DNA of 64,000 nt from Chiloscyllium plagiosum (GCF_004010195.1 NC_057742.1:3297084-3361083); one strand, 5' to 3'; positions 1-15,183 are shown, counted from the stretch's first letter. A program made the numbers and translations. Notes: generated from the sequence alone by a model not told the origin.

Positions 1-2935
1 ACAAAATATTATTGAGGGTCATTTTGAGATTAGATTCCACCGTAACATGGCTGATGTTAAATCGTGTCCTACGTTTCTTTAATCTTTGCAAAGTCTTACG
101 ATATAGTTGCAAATAAACATTTGGATGTGCCTTCACTTAAATGTTTAAACAATGGCAACCAATTTGACTCCTCATTTAGCAAGATATATAATGATCATTC
201 TTTCGACATTCAGTTAGAGGGGGAGTCAAGGTTTGGAAAATTAATCGTCCCAGGAAGTGCTTAAAATAATATGAAGATGTCCTTGACTATACACGGCCTT
301 CCTCAAAAAGGCCGATTTCCTCCTTAAAGCATTTATGTAAATAGATAACAAAATAAATGACATTTATCTTCACGGGACAGTGTTGAACTGTCCGTTTTCC
401 TGTAGAGTGATTTTTTTCAGGAAATTGCAAAAACATTTTGAATATTTTAAAAATAAAATTAAGTTAAGGTAGAAACGAAGAAACAGCATCCACGATGAGC
501 CATGTTTAGTATCTGGATTATTAACGAGTGTAAACTTTGCATAAGACTGGCTACTAGAACATGTTTGAGTACCCTTACTCCCACCCGTGCTCAGTGTTAA
601 ACAGTTGAAATTCACATTTATTTTAATCTTTGCTCCGAATCATAGATTAACAAATCAAGCGCTAAAAATGAAAGAAGCTTGCTATAATTGTATTAAATAG
701 ACGGAGGAAACGAATTCTCAATCACTCAATGAATTTGCAGAAGGCAAGACGCAAGGTTGCCAGAAAAACAGCACCAGTGTATCTTATATATGGAAAATCT
801 AATCCAGTTCAATGTCAACTCGATAAAACACGAAGTACATTTAAGTCTATTTAAATAAGATAATCAGTCGCCAGAAATGAGGCCTATTAATCTCGAGCAC
901 TATAGCTCACATTTCTTTATAGTTTGGGCCCATTGCACAAGTTAAAGGAAAGGTAAAACACATATTCGAAGAGATTAAACTATTGCACTATTGTTAATTA
1001 AGCATTTTATCAAGTTTTTTTCCCCCTCATTTTGAAAGCTTCGCTGCGCCCTGCTGACAGCCATACGCGTCCTGTTGTATAATTCGACGTAACTTACCTT
1101 GAGCAGTACAGTTTCATCAGATTTTTAACTGTAGTCAGTAAAGATTTTGGAGCCTACGGGTCTGGTAAAGGAGTCCTGTTCAATCCCTCTGGAAGACTAG
1201 TCACATTATACGCTTACAGTCTGCAAACTCAGTCAGATAAAGTTCAGCGTCACTAACATTATACAGAATGTGAAATATATTGTACCTTGTCAACTCCCCA
1301 GAACCATAAAACTAACTTTAACGACCCCACGTGACTTTTGAGAGCCAGTAGGGGTATCTGACTGCGGTATGGGCGATTTTTACGATCTAACTTTGAGATA
1401 AATACCCAATTCATTTGACATCCCCATGTCATACCGACTTCTTGTATACGTAGTTTGTTATATTCACAAGGGGAGCATGCACTTTTCAGGATAGACCTAG
1501 CATTTGCTGTGTGACTTATCAACTACCGATAAGCACTTGGACGTTCTTTTGGTAAGTTGAGTTTAAACTAAACTAAGAGTTACCTGTTGCACAAAAATGA
1601 AGCCAGATTTAAAAAAGAAATGCGTGTAGTTTGTTATTTAGACAAACTTCGGAACAACACATCTTGTTACTGTATAAATCTCTAGGGGCACAGCGCAGAA
1701 ATCAAGTCCGAGACACGTTTTTTCGAATATACACAACAAAAGTGAATAGTAAAAAATCCTTTTAAAGTGTTTAGCAAGAAGATGGCGAGTTTAGTTAAAT
1801 CCAGAAATCACCAAATGCAAAAATTCAAATCACATAAATATCGCCTTTTAAACATCAACCAGCAACTCAAAGCCGCGCGTAACAGATGAGCTTTAGCGTT
1901 TAGCATAAATGGTTAACTAAAACAGCTAGGTAAGGTCACGTTCTAATCATATCTTATAGAACTATTTTTGAAAGATAAACCCAGAGTTAATCAATAGATG
2001 TCGATGAAAAATTCCTTCTGTGCATCGTTTATATGTCTTTACAAAATGCACAATACATGGAGTTACGACCAAACACGTAGCAATATTTAAATATATCAGT
2101 GCTGATAATATTTTATGTGCTAGATACTACGATATATATTCACCAAATATAGTAGAACGCATTTCACTAGGTAATAGGATGTCAGCTTGTTTATAGTCAA
2201 CATACTACACTACGGAGATTAGGGGTAGTTATGAGAAACTTTAACTTTATTTTGAATTAAGCTACAAACAAATACAAAAAGCTTGGTGGCAATATACTGT
2301 AGGAACTAAACATAGTTGTCATTCTTTCCCACAGAAAATATGCCATTCATCACCCTGCCCATTACAGTCTAGCTATAGGCAACATTATAAACTTTTTTGA
2401 ATTATTTACAACCATTATAACTCACTAAATAATCGTATACAATCATCGTTGATTTCAGTATCTATCCACATGTATTACGAAAGATTAGAATTCTACATGG
2501 TATTTCGACATACATACTTTGCTTAAATTCACCGACAGCGTCAAGGACAGTAGCTACAGGAAGGTGGTTATATTTTTGAGAGAAGATAGAGTAACAGCAA
2601 AGATTTTCGCACTTAATCAGCGCATTGGATAGGTGGGGTGGGGGAGAGGAAGATCAAATTGTACAACTTGCGTCAATTATAAATAAGTTATACCATTTAC
2701 AATCCACAAAAAACCATGCTACTTTTTCAAGAAAGCACCAATAGTTCACTGACACAGACATATGTAAGATAGAAACAAGCATTTAACAGCGAAAGAACAA
2801 CACAGGTTAAAAGAAAAATGTTAGCAATACCACAGAAAAGTTTAATCCATCTTTAATATTTAACAACACGCGGGGAAAATGTGCCTCGCTGTACAGTACT
2901 GGTGCACGGTGTCTGTTATTTTTCTATTTGATATG

Positions 2936-3186
2936 TTAGGGTTGAAAGGCGCTTGCTCCGGCCGTCATGCTCATGCTTTTCAGCTTGTTGTCCTTTTTCC
3001 ATTTCATCCTCCGGTTCTGGAACCAAATCTTGATCTGCCGTTCTGAGAGACACAGAGCATGGGCAATCTCTATCCTCCGCCGTCGGGTTAGATATCTGTT
3101 GAAGTGGAACTCTTTTTCCAACTCCAACGTTTGAAAACGAGTATAAGCAGTCCTGGCTCTTTTCCCGTCGGGTCCACCCATGCCAT
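2936..3186 (-). CDS. hoxb5: Hoxb5 exon 2 (homeodomain)
   Basis: Encodes [83 protein letters not shown]. Acceptor is tttattagcag|AT, phase 1. Confidence 0.96.
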
Positions 3187-3434
3187 CTGCTAATAAATAC
3201 AGGAAGTTTTTTTTTAACCATGCTGAATTATCCATCTCCTTTGAAAAACATCATTTTTTTAAAAATACAATTTTATACCTTGAAAGTGGAATATTCTCTT
3301 CCCTGGGCCTCTCCGGCCACGTACGTCAAAACGAAAGTATATTGTCCCAATTTGAATTGCTATTAATTATCATTTTCCTTTTCATTGTCTGAGCATGTAA
3401 CCTGTGTCTTGACGGCTGTGCTTCTAATTATCTG

Positions 3435-3477
3435 CACACACACACACATACACACACACACAAACACACACACACAC
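3435..3477. repeat. Imperfect (CA)n microsatellite in the Hoxb5 intron
   Basis: Direct reading: cacacacacacacatacacacacacacaaacacacacacacac. Confidence 0.95.
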
Positions 3478-3936
3478 CAGACATGCACAGTTATATACAC
3501 ATACATTCTTTTAAAAAGAATTGTCTGAAATTGCAAGCAGATCCACAGAAAATGGATCACAGAAACATTGATTATCCAGGGTTAGTGCACAGTTCTCTTT
3601 GTTATTATGCTGACCGTGCAGTTAAAGTCATAGCTTTCAATACACTAATATCATAGATATCATATAATATTTACAGCCCATCTGCTTTAAATATAACAGA
3701 TTTTCAAATTTACTGATTTTTTTTGGTCGAATTGCATATTATTTTGCATGCACGTTATAAAATTGCTGTTAAATGAGTTGCATTAAATTTGCCGAAAAAT
3801 CATTAGCTTAGTTTCTGTAGAGCAGAGAAATACAAATTGTTCCTATTTTGTGTCACTCAGATTGCACAATAGGACGCCATGAATTACCTGACCACAGAGC
3901 AATATTTAGGGTGATAAACAGAAAATGAAAGTGTAC

Positions 3937-4471
3937 CATGGCCAATGTGCAGCTTTCTCATCCAAGGAAATATTTGTGGTTGCTGTTCTGGTGTTGTTGC
4001 TTGTGTTGATTCTTGCTGTGCCCTGGGATGGTTGTTGTTGTTGGCTGGAGTGCCCTCTTCGGCATCCGAGGATGCTCCGGCCTCGTCCATTTCTGTAAAA
4101 TTACTTGCTGAACTAGAGGAGGTAGTCGGATCGGATGGGGAACCCTTGACTCCGTGACTGTCTTTGCCGGAACAAGGAAGGGGTTCTGGAGATGAGAGGG
4201 TGCAGCTCGCTGCTTGTCTGAACCTGGTTTCTGTAGCTGAAGGATAGCTTCTGGACTTTTCTGTATTAACCACTCCAAAGTGGTTAGATGAGGCTGAACG
4301 GGTGATGCTAAGGTCCATACCATTGTAGTTGTAGCCGTAAGTGCCTGAATGCATGGTGCCTGAATCCCTGTATGGTCCGTTCTCGGAGCTGCTCGTCCCA
4401 TAATTAAGTAACTGATAATCCGGGCCATTTTGATAGCGACCGGAGAATGAGTTTACAAAGTAAGAGCTCAT
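3937..4471 (-). CDS. hoxb5: Hoxb5 exon 1
   Basis: Runs [25 protein letters not shown] to the hexapeptide QIFPWMRKLHIGH. Donor G|GTACAC. Exons of 535+251 nt give 261 aa. Confidence 0.96.
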
Positions 4472-4524
4472 TTGGGTTTTTTTGGGTTGATTTGTGGTTG
4501 TTAGTCGTTATAACCCAGTCCTGC

Positions 4525-4690
4525 ACGATTTATGATATATTAATGAATTATAGAAATGACTGTACTTCGTTCGCTTCTATGTATGCGGCCAAATATGGGG
4601 GGTGCGAGTCGGAATCACGTGCTTTTGTTGACCAGTCGTAAATTCTCACTGATGACCTCAAGGGGTAATTCATGCTCTATGGTTACAAAT
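4525..4690 (-). promoter_or_regulatory. Hoxb5 proximal promoter / 5'UTR motif block
   Basis: Lies directly upstream of the ATG. Contains an E-box TCACGTG (4615-4621), a TCGTAAA Hox/Cdx-type motif and a TAATTCATTAAT..ATAAATCG block resembling Hox5 leaders (from recall). Confidence 0.6.
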
Positions 4691-4758
4691 AATGACGATC
4701 CGAGAATCGTTACGCCATGTGAATGCAAGGTTCCAAATGGTGGCCAGGTTTGCAGACT

Positions 4759-4772
4759 GCGCCACCTACTGG
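4759..4772 (-). promoter_or_regulatory. CTCF-binding motif between Hoxb5 and Hoxb6
   Basis: Minus strand reads CCAGTAGGTGGCGC, a near-perfect CTCF core (CCASYAGRKGGCRS). Confidence 0.75.
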
Positions 4773-6849
4773 GCTCTGTCTGCATTACACAAATTAAGGT
4801 CATTGCTTATGTATTGACATTGGCATTCTTGTATTAATAATAACGCAACAAAAAGTTATATTTTAAATTTACCTACCTCAAATCAATACACTGTTCCAAT
4901 ACAGTTTGCCACATATCTTATTCAACATTTGACAATGCATTTGTTAAAAAATTCAAAAATGCTAACTATAAAACGGCTATTCAATTATCTTGCAATTGAA
5001 TTGGAAATCACGTTTATAGCTATGCTTAGTGTGGAGCAATTTATTTCGTTTTTTTGACCAGATACATTTAAAAACAATTAACTTGCCATCCTTGACTAGT
5101 CAGTTAAATGTACGCATTCATCGACCTACAATGGGTATTGCGCTGTAAGCGTTATTATTTGCTAAATGTTATCATTCCAATGCGGGGATGAAGTTCGTTC
5201 TGAAACGTGATAATTATTGCGAATAAAATATACTGGACTGATTTTTTTCTTTAAAAAACCTTTATCTTCAAATTGCACAGGCTGTTTGAAGACAAGGAAA
5301 GGACGAATTCTTAGAAAGTTCTAATTTGCACGTTGGTGCACTGCTTGGGCTGCGCGGATAGCACGGTTCTTTCCTTTGCTATATTTTGAAGGATGTTAGC
5401 TTAAGAAAATATATGTTTGAGCTACTTTGTACCACCGCTCCTATTTGGTATCAATATTCTTTATAAAGAACTACTTCATTATTCTGACTAAAATGCTAAA
5501 TGAATAATATTTATTCACATTGCGGAGACGCGAATCGTTTCTTAGTGTTTAGTATACGCATAAGTCCAGTCTCGTTACATGATCTTTTACCGGATTCGCA
5601 TAAGCACTTCAACACAACCTACCTCCTGAAGGGCTCAGTGAATAATTAGCAAAGCGCACTTCAGCATTTTTGGTGCGCATTGCTGTTTATTTCGAATAAG
5701 GAAGGATTAAACTTCCTCATTCGATATAAAGAAAGATTTTTTTGAAGGAACGTATTTTTCTGACCACAAAATATTTGTGCTCAAATCCTGTTTTTTTATC
5801 ATACAAATTTGTATGATAAGACTGTTCTATAACTGGAGCGAGCATTTAGCAAGACACGACGTGTTTTCTTGATTGTGCAACAGAGAATAAAATAATTGGA
5901 ACCAGGAAAACAGTTGTTAAAAACCGCAGAGCCCTTTGCTTCGCCCAGTAGTGAACTGGTTGCAAATTTCAAAGATTTGCCTATCATCAACCAGTAACGC
6001 CTCTTTAACCGAGCCTGATTTTTAGATGCGGACAATGAGCTGATTACTGGAATGAATTTTGAATTTGTAGGAAAATCATAGAGATAAATCAATTATCCGA
6101 AATTCAATGAGGACTGTCAAGTTTTTGTTTGTAATATATTACAATCCAGACTAAGATTAGTTATGAGTAGCGAAGTGGAGGATGTAGAGTTTATACCAGA
6201 TCTCTCTGGTGGATTATCAATGGTTTCCATGTACATTATGATTCTGAAACTGAGAAATACACACTTTTAGGAAAAAAACCTTTTATTATCATTCCAGGTA
6301 ATGATGCTCAGTCTTTAAAATGTATGACGCATGCTACAATCACATTAATTTAACAAAAACTGAAATAAAAAAATAACCTCTTACTCAAATCTTAAGACAT
6401 TTGCTTTTATTTTCCTCGCTCCGTTACGAAAACAATCCAAAATACGATATTCAAACCTCATTGTGTAATTTACACAAGCACGCACACTCATTTCCACACA
6501 CGCACGCATCCACAAAATAAATCAAAAATAATTGTTCACAGTGCACAAAAAAATACACTATCTTTAAACTAGAGAGCTGAGACGAACGTCAAAAGTCACA
6601 ATATTGCAACAGCTCAATTGAGATACAGAATTAATGGAATGCTAATGTTTTAAAACTATTGACACCAATGTGAAACATTGCCTGCTTGGCTAGACCAAAG
6701 GAATGCATAACTTTATAATAAATCTCACAACAAATACAGAAATGTACAACTCCACTGGTGCGCAACAGCAAACAAATTGTAAACTTTGATTTTTTTTATT
6801 TTTAGTTAAAGAACTGCACAGCGTTCCCTTCTTTTTCTGTATCTTGTTT

Positions 6850-7194
<345 letters not shown>

Positions 7195-7716
7195 CTATTG
7201 CAACAGTACTGAAGCATATAAATAACAAATGGACCACATTGATTATACGAGACGTTAAACGTTAAACTATAAGTTTCATAATACACCGTTTGATGAGTAC
7301 TTTCGATTCTGAAGCACTAAATAATGATCTCTATTCTTGGCATGCTTACATTCCGTTCGATTAAGGCTTTAGAACCGGTGGGCCTATTGACTGTGCAGTA
7401 AACTCTTCAGTATAAAGAAAACAACTGATCATACTTCACAATGAAAGGTCAGCGTTATATTTTATATACATATTATTCTATATTAGATGTTGAGCTTTAA
7501 TCATTTATTCAGTATCTCAAAATTTGCAGCGGTACATAATTTCGTCTGAATTGTATTAAAGTCTTCTGAAATCATTAAACGTTTAATTCTCTTTTCCAAC
7601 AAATCAGTTTAAGGGATTAAATGTTCATCACTTTCTTGTTAAGTTCAATATAAGCATGCGCCAAACTTTGTTTTTCTCCAAATATGTAAGGAAAAGAGTA
7701 CAAAGGGCAAACTTAC

Positions 7717-8149
7717 CACCACTGGAGTTCATTCTTTGCATCCAAGGGTACACTGGGAGCGAACTCTTCTGATCATCCACTTCTCCATATAAAATTCTGT
7801 TTTGTGCACACTCGAATTTGCGTTGTTCCGGGTTGAAATGTGTTGCATCCTCCAATGAGTGATATTTGGAGTTGGTGGAGGAAGCGCCGCATGAAGGGTC
7901 TTTTTCCCGATAAAAACTGGGGGCACCGTAATCACAGGGTGTCCGATTGCACGCATACGCTCCGTTGGCTTGTTGGTAGTAGGAGGGTGACGGGTAGCTT
8001 TTATCCTGCATGCTTGTAGCCCCATATGTGGCTGGGTAGTGTCTTAAAGGGTCGTAACTGGAGGAATATAGCGGAATCTGCCCAAGGAAGGACTCTTGTC
8101 CACTAGCAAGAGTGGCCGGGAAAGTGGAGTTCACAAAATACGAACTCAT
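7717..8149 (-). CDS. hoxb6: Hoxb6 exon 1
   Basis: Runs [30 protein letters not shown] to PVYPWMQRMNSSG. Donor G|GTAAGT. Exons of 433+260 nt give 230 aa. Confidence 0.96.
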
Positions 8150-11100
8150 TTGTTGGCTGTGCTCTGTTATGATTTGTTGTGTATTAGTCCAAGTGCCTGT
8201 GCTATTAGCAGTTAGCGAGATGGGTTTGATTCGGGATGGCCAAGTGCCAGAAAGGACAGCAGGAAATATAACCATCTGATCATCGACTGACCAATGGCAA
8301 TACTGTTTGATAGGAAAATAGCACCCATGAGGGACTTATCCATGAATCAGAGAGGCTAGCAGAAACCGGCACATGTGATGGGAAAAAGTCCCAAACATAG
8401 AAAGAGAGAGATATACACACATAATTTTTAGATTCGCTCTGTACTCAAATGAATAAAATGTGTAAGAATGTTTAAATTAATGCATCGGTGTCTTGATGCA
8501 GACAGCGAAATAATTTAGCCATTCAAACTAAACAAACAACCAAAATACAATGTCCTCTGTTGTGCGAGTATCCAGATAATTCACTAAACACTTATTAACT
8601 CAATTTTATTGCTTTCTCCCTGTTAAATCGGAGCTCGGTTTTATGCTTCTTAGGGATCTGTCTTGGATTATGGCTGTATAATTCAAGATGCATTCAAGAT
8701 GTTTCCATTAATATTTCCAACACTGAACGTTATTTACCACACAGTTTCGTTCGCATATTCTGATGGATGTACAGAAATCTCTCGGTGGCTTGTATGTTAT
8801 GCACTCCAGAATTCCTGATAGTCGTTTGTTGTGCTTGTGTTGCAGTTCTCTTCTGTGTAAGAATGTAATTCGGCGAATGCAGTTTAACTTTGAGGCACGA
8901 AAAGGGGATCTGAATACAAACTTTTAATCTCTAATTGAAACCACAAAGCGAACGGAAGAAACTTTCCAAAATGAAAAGACAACTAAATCAAATCCCTGAA
9001 AATGAGGCACCAGCGGAATAGATCACAAAGCAATCACTGCGATGAATGTACAACTTAAGTTGTATTCTTTCAAAGTTCCAGAACGAAAATGTGAGGAGTT
9101 TTTTTTGTGTAAAAATGTCATAAAGACAAACACAGAGCATTCAGAAAATGGTGTAAAATGAGTTAAAACCCGAAATCTTAGACAGTTGCGCCTTTGTAAA
9201 GTGAGACTGCGACTGCGACCAAGGGCAGCAAGACGGGGTTTTCGCTGACTAAAGTGTGGAGATATGTAAATATGTTCTGTTTAGCTGACTGAGTGCACCA
9301 TTTACAGACTAATCCCATGTATTTAAACAAGTACAGACGAATATTTCTTAAGGTCAGTTGCGTTAAGTGCTTAATAGATAACTGAGCGATATTGAGGACT
9401 ACGCACAGCTTGCAAGCTTTCACATAACTAATTTGGTGCGCACGTCAGATTTCATTGAAAGTTGCAGTTCCGATTTCTGTATATGATACCTTGTTGCACA
9501 CATACACTATGCTTTAGAGAAATAAAATTTATGCATTGTAATATTTGTATTTGTAACGTGTATTTGTTCAAATATCAGCTCTTTTAATCGTATCTCTTAG
9601 ATTTACTTGCAAAATTCATCAGTTTTAAAAAATAAAAACACAGAACTTGCTGTATCCGACTGCATACCCAAGGATTCCTTTTCTAAAACAAAATCTGTTT
9701 TGATCCTATTTAAACTTTAGATTAAAAAATCACAGATATATTTAAAATAGATATAATTATTTTATCGTGTAAGACTCTGAAATCCTACAAGTGTCAGAGT
9801 TTGTATTGGACATTAAGCATTTATTTTTAGCAGTTCCTCTGGAAGGCACCATTTCCTTGCTTCTACATCTGTTTCAAGGAATCATAAACTGATTAGTGAG
9901 AAATTAAAGAAATCCCTATTTCTAGATACCAGTTCATTTTAAGAAGCGGTTGCTTTCTTGTTAAGAAACATGGCGGATTGAGCACGGTGAGAAAGATAAT
10001 TAAATGCGAAGGGATAAAGTTTTTTTTACCCACCTGGGAGATTCCTAGTATGAAATTCTTTGCAGAAGTGGCCGTTACGAGATTCAAGCTAAATCCCTCC
10101 AAATTACTTCTGGAACTAATGTTTACCTTTTTTTTTCAAAACAAAATGGAACCAATGTTCTACTTTTATGAAAGCTTTGAACTGTGATAAGAGTCTGCAT
10201 ATAAATCGCAACTTTCCAAATGACTTTCATATTCGGAAGAAACCAGTTCAAACCAGTTGCAATCTGATATCAAATCTTCGATATTTTCACTTCCATGCAC
10301 TAAAATATCCAAGTGTACATTATTTTTGTAATTGTAAGATGGTTTTATCTCACAAGCTTTTTTCTTAAAGGCAGTTGATACTGTGCAATTTTATTGCTTA
10401 ATCATTGTAAATTATCAGGGTGATTTAAAACTAATGTAAGCTTTGTTCCATTTATAAATAAATATATTAAAAAGTAACTTTAGAATAAATAAGAATCGAA
10501 TTATAAAACAAGGCAGGACATATATTGTAATGTTGTGACTTGTCCTGGAGCTCAATTATTCAACGCTGCGTTTCCAAAGAATGCTATAGCTGCTATTTGA
10601 AGATCTAAAGGCATTCGTCTAACTATAAGGATTTTTTAAAATAAGTTGAGATGCATTTTCAAAAGCAAACTTGGTATTTGCTCATTTCAACGAGCATTTT
10701 ACGGCTTGGGTCTTAGGTATTCCTCCCATCCCGACAATATTCCTTTTTACTGTCTAGCGAGGTCACCATTTACTTTCCGTGTCAATTTCAACATCTCTTT
10801 GTCAGGAAGGGAGCATAAAATCCCCTTTGAAAGTGTGGGAAGGTAAAATTAAAGGGGGTGACAGAAGTTCTGTGTTTTTTGTTTATTGTTTATGAGTCGG
10901 GACATTAAAGGCAGAAATTCGTTTACAACCGCTCTGGTTACGCTACAAAGCAGGAGCCTTACACATTAGAAAACTGGTTTGCAGGATTGCTATCTGTCCA
11001 GGGATGCATAACAAATTTGGGCCTTGTTCACAATTTGCTGCTAATCGGACGGAGCCAGGAATTTATTCCAAAGAGAGTTGTTTACACGAGAATTTTACAA

Positions 11101-12879
11101 ATCTCAACTGCAGAATAACATTGACACAAAATTCAATTTAGTCAATAAACTTTCATCTAAACCCGTTTTCTTTAATACCCATTGGCTGCTATTAAGGTGA
11201 AGTGTTTGTGAGAAAGACCATGATGATTGCATTGCATTTACATTCGGACATATCACCGTGCGAAGGCTACGGTGTACTGCATCTTCTGCATATCATGGCT
11301 TTCTTCTTTAAAAAGAATAACCAAAACAATAATATCACAACCATACATAGTTACATTGTAGTAAATGCAATTATTGCACTGAGACACATATGTAAAGAGA
11401 AAGCAAATATGTAACTTACTACAGACCAATAATGATAACCACTGCTAATTTATTCAGTTATTTATGAATATTTATATTACTCGCATGCGCCACCCCCACA
11501 AACAAACTGACACACAAATTATATGTATACAACATAGCTGCTCTTTTACGCAGCTTTGACCGTTTACAAATTCTGCAGATGTAGTACATCTTTTTTGCTC
11601 ATTTCCCGATTTCCTCGGCCGAACGGAACGCAAGGTGGCAGCAGAGAGCAACAAATCCCGCCTCCCTGCCCCCAGCAAAAACCCTGAGAGATTTATATTA
11701 TATCAATGCAGAACTACTGGGCCTCTTGGTTACTAAACATTCTAAACCACGGTCAACTAAACGCCATCTTATATTATATCACCAGACTGTTACCCACTAA
11801 CACTGTAAGCTGAAACCTTAATGCTGCCCAACAGAAAAAAGAAACCGCCGCATATCATAAATGCATGAATTTGTAACTCCAGAACCAACTGCTTGACTGA
11901 AAACAAATTATTAACAATCGTGAAGCACAATTGGAGGAAACATTACTATTACAGCACAACTACAATACGTCAAAGCGTCAGTCTTACTGACACTGGCAGT
12001 TCTAATTGCTGTTCTTGATAAAAATTGTTCACGTAATGAGCGACCCTCGAGAAAAGATTAACAATCGCCAATGCTCATTTAACCTTACATAGCAAAACTC
12101 GCCCTCGACCACAATTAAAGATTTGTCAACACGCCACAGCGACACTGGATAACAGGTTCCTTAACTATATAACAGAGCCGTGAAATAGAATCGCTTGTGA
12201 AAAAAAAACACCAATTGCCAATCTTGCGGTTTTCCAGTTAAATTAAAGAAATAACTTTCACAGCTTACTGAAATTGAAGCCTCCAAACACCGACTTACTG
12301 TAATCAAAATGTATCAAAATATTTTCTAACTGAAGTCAACAAGTCTTTATTTTCTCATCTTTGACTGAAATTCTGCACAAAATCATTCATTACAATTGTT
12401 GGAAAAAAGCCATTGACAAATATATACAGTAATCGTCTTACCTTTGCAACAGCATCTGTGATTTTGCTTCGATCATCGTTCGCTCAATTTGGAAGCAACG
12501 CGATTTTGTTTCGCGAACAATATTGTCCCAAACTGATAGCCGTCGGTTAACCTGCGGCCGCAGATTTGCTGGGTTTTATGCATCAGTCATTTACGCGGAA
12601 ATCGGAATTCGAGCCTCTTTGAAAAATGATATCATCCACATCACTGAGATTTGCGCCACTCCATCCGTTGCTGAAATTCCCAATCGACAGACAAGTGGTA
12701 GATTGCAAAAAAAAAGTCTTGTTTACTTTGTGTGCGTGTGTGTCCGTATATGCCGATGTGTGTGTTTGCACCTCCAATAGTAACTACCAAAGTTTGAAAA
12801 AAAAACCGATAGAAGCCCTGAGGAGGACACAGGACCGACCCAAGGTACGGTGGCCAAAAGAATACTGCAATATACTCAC

Positions 12880-13075
12880 ATGGGAAATCATAAAAAGTTC
12901 ATGTTCACGGTTGCTATCCACATGACCGGCAGCGGCCAATCGAAGGACCGATCCACTCATAAAGTTCTATCACAAAGTTGTAAATTTTCATAAAACAACA
13001 AGGAATTTATTGCATTTCTTCATGACTAGCAACAACAGGCCCCTTCGCCGCCATGTTGTGTGCCAATGCAAAATG
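12880..13075. promoter_or_regulatory. Non-coding regulatory/promoter-like element between Hoxb6 and Hoxb7
   Basis: Contains clustered Cdx/Hox motifs (TCATAAA x3, TTTATTG), a CCAAT box, AGTTCATGTTCA and YY1-like GCCGCCAT. It resembles the conserved Hox6-Hox7 intergenic block of gnathostome clusters (from recall, not aligned). Confidence 0.65.
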
Positions 13076-14751
13076 GTAAAAAGAATATTTTCTAAAATGT
13101 TTTCTTACATAATAGCACTGCTTTTCCTGTATTATATTCTCTTTTATTCTATTCCACATTGTATTGACCCTGTTCCCTGTCCGCTTCCCACGTTCGCCGC
13201 CGCCTTTCTATAGAAAGATAAGTGACTACAGAAACTAGAAAAAAAAGACTTTTGCGAAAATTAAGTCATTTTTTACTTTTTCCTGTGTTTGTGCCTCTCC
13301 TGTTCGTGCGCTTTAGGTGAAACCAGCAGAAAATCGCAATGTGAAATTGGTAATTTAGTTTCTCATAAGGGAATAAAATGGTCCGTTAAACGAAATTTAC
13401 CTGGATTTGTCTTGAAAGTCAATTTTCTGTGTTCGCAAATTACCTTCCCCAATTTAAATTTTAATTCGTATTATCCATGTTTTTATGTTTTTAGGGGTCA
13501 AAAGCGTATCGTTCTTACAATAACTTTCTTCCTCAAATCAGGAAGATTCACTCGTCCTGTACACCCTAAATTGAAAAGGACAAGAGCGAGGATAAATAGA
13601 CTTGAATCTCTCCCTGCATAAATGGCTGGACTTACCTCTACAATCTACATGGCGCAATGCGTCTAAAACTCTAAAAATATTTTAGATATTTAAATAGTGG
13701 AACAAGTGAATTGATATAATGTAAATGCAATCTTGTATGCATCAAAATTATACTAATTGTTTCATTTTGTTTTCGAAGGATGCTAGAAGAGCATTTACCC
13801 CCGCTTTCCGACAAAAATATTGCATTGCTGAGGAACACTTATGTTAGATACGTAAAGGGCGTTTATGTACAATGTAATCGTTAATTCACCTTTTAAGACT
13901 AATTTCAAAGCCGTGAAATTGCTGAAATGCTTTGTCTTCTTCCCCGACGCTGAACCCAGCTAAATTCTCTTAATATAGCGTTATAGATATATTTAGACTG
14001 AGGTGCGTTTGCACTCCACGAAAACGTCCCATTGTCTTTGTTGCGTGGAATTATTTAATCAGGGAAAGCTCGATTCAAAGATTGGAGGAATATAGACTGG
14101 AGCACAAAACTCGGAATATGACGGAGAGAAAATCTTCCTTTAACTGGGTTATTTGGGCAAAGAATTGGTGTTAACTCATAAACGCAGACTCGAAATTGTA
14201 TTGTTTTGTTGAAAACTAGACTGTGATCCCTCCTGGTTTGTGTGTATTTTGTGGCAGAAAATGTCGACTTTGACAGAGTAACACAATAACGAAAAACATC
14301 CTAATTTTATTTCACAGAACAGTTTACATCCTTCATAGCTAAAGCGCAAAATCTCAACTGAGCAAACATAATGGTCCATATTTAAATATCAAAAAATGTA
14401 CAGTGAAGTTACACGCAATACTTCCACCAGAACAACATTTCATATAATTAACTGTAACAGGTTTTTATACGAACACAATTATCTGTACACAGGTTGTGAC
14501 TACACAAAGTTCCTTTTGGAAACTAATATTAATGACAAGAAATTACATCAATACAGTAACCAATATAAAGTCACTGACATTGTTTTCCTTTAAATACACC
14601 AGATAAAACAACGCTAATTACAATAACGACAATTCACCACATTGAAAAGGCTAACACACAGACTATATATAACTGTACTTGTACAATATAGTTTTGGGTT
14701 ATTCCCCTCTAATCTGTACAAAACAAACTACAAGTAAAACTGTTACAGATT

Positions 14752-14759
14752 TAGGTAGT
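14752..14759 (-). promoter_or_regulatory. miR-196 8mer seed site in the Hoxb7 3'UTR
   Basis: mRNA ACUACCUA lies about 100 nt after the stop codon and is complementary to miR-196 nt 2-8 plus A1. Confidence 0.75.
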
Positions 14760-14859
14760 ATTCTGTTTCAGTGTTAAGAAATGAGGAACAAATCGTTCCA
14801 TTTGTTTAAAAAAGTCTTATAAGTTTATGCCTCTTGTTGAGTTTTTAGAAGTTTTGTTT

Positions 14860-15183
<324 letters not shown>

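Noticed and set aside
1092-1220. Possible non-coding minus-strand exon ending in AAG|GTAAGT
   Set aside because: A single donor motif with only a mediocre acceptor is insufficient without transcript data.
1-2900. mir-10, expected between Hoxb4 and Hoxb5
   Set aside because: I found no match to UACCCUGUAGA(U/A)CCGAAUUUGUG on either strand. It probably lies left of the window.
8150-8275. 42-aa in-frame N-terminal extension of Hoxb6
   Set aside because: The upstream ATG sits between a CCAAT box and a TATA-like motif, so it is probably upstream of the transcription start. MSSYF is the canonical start.
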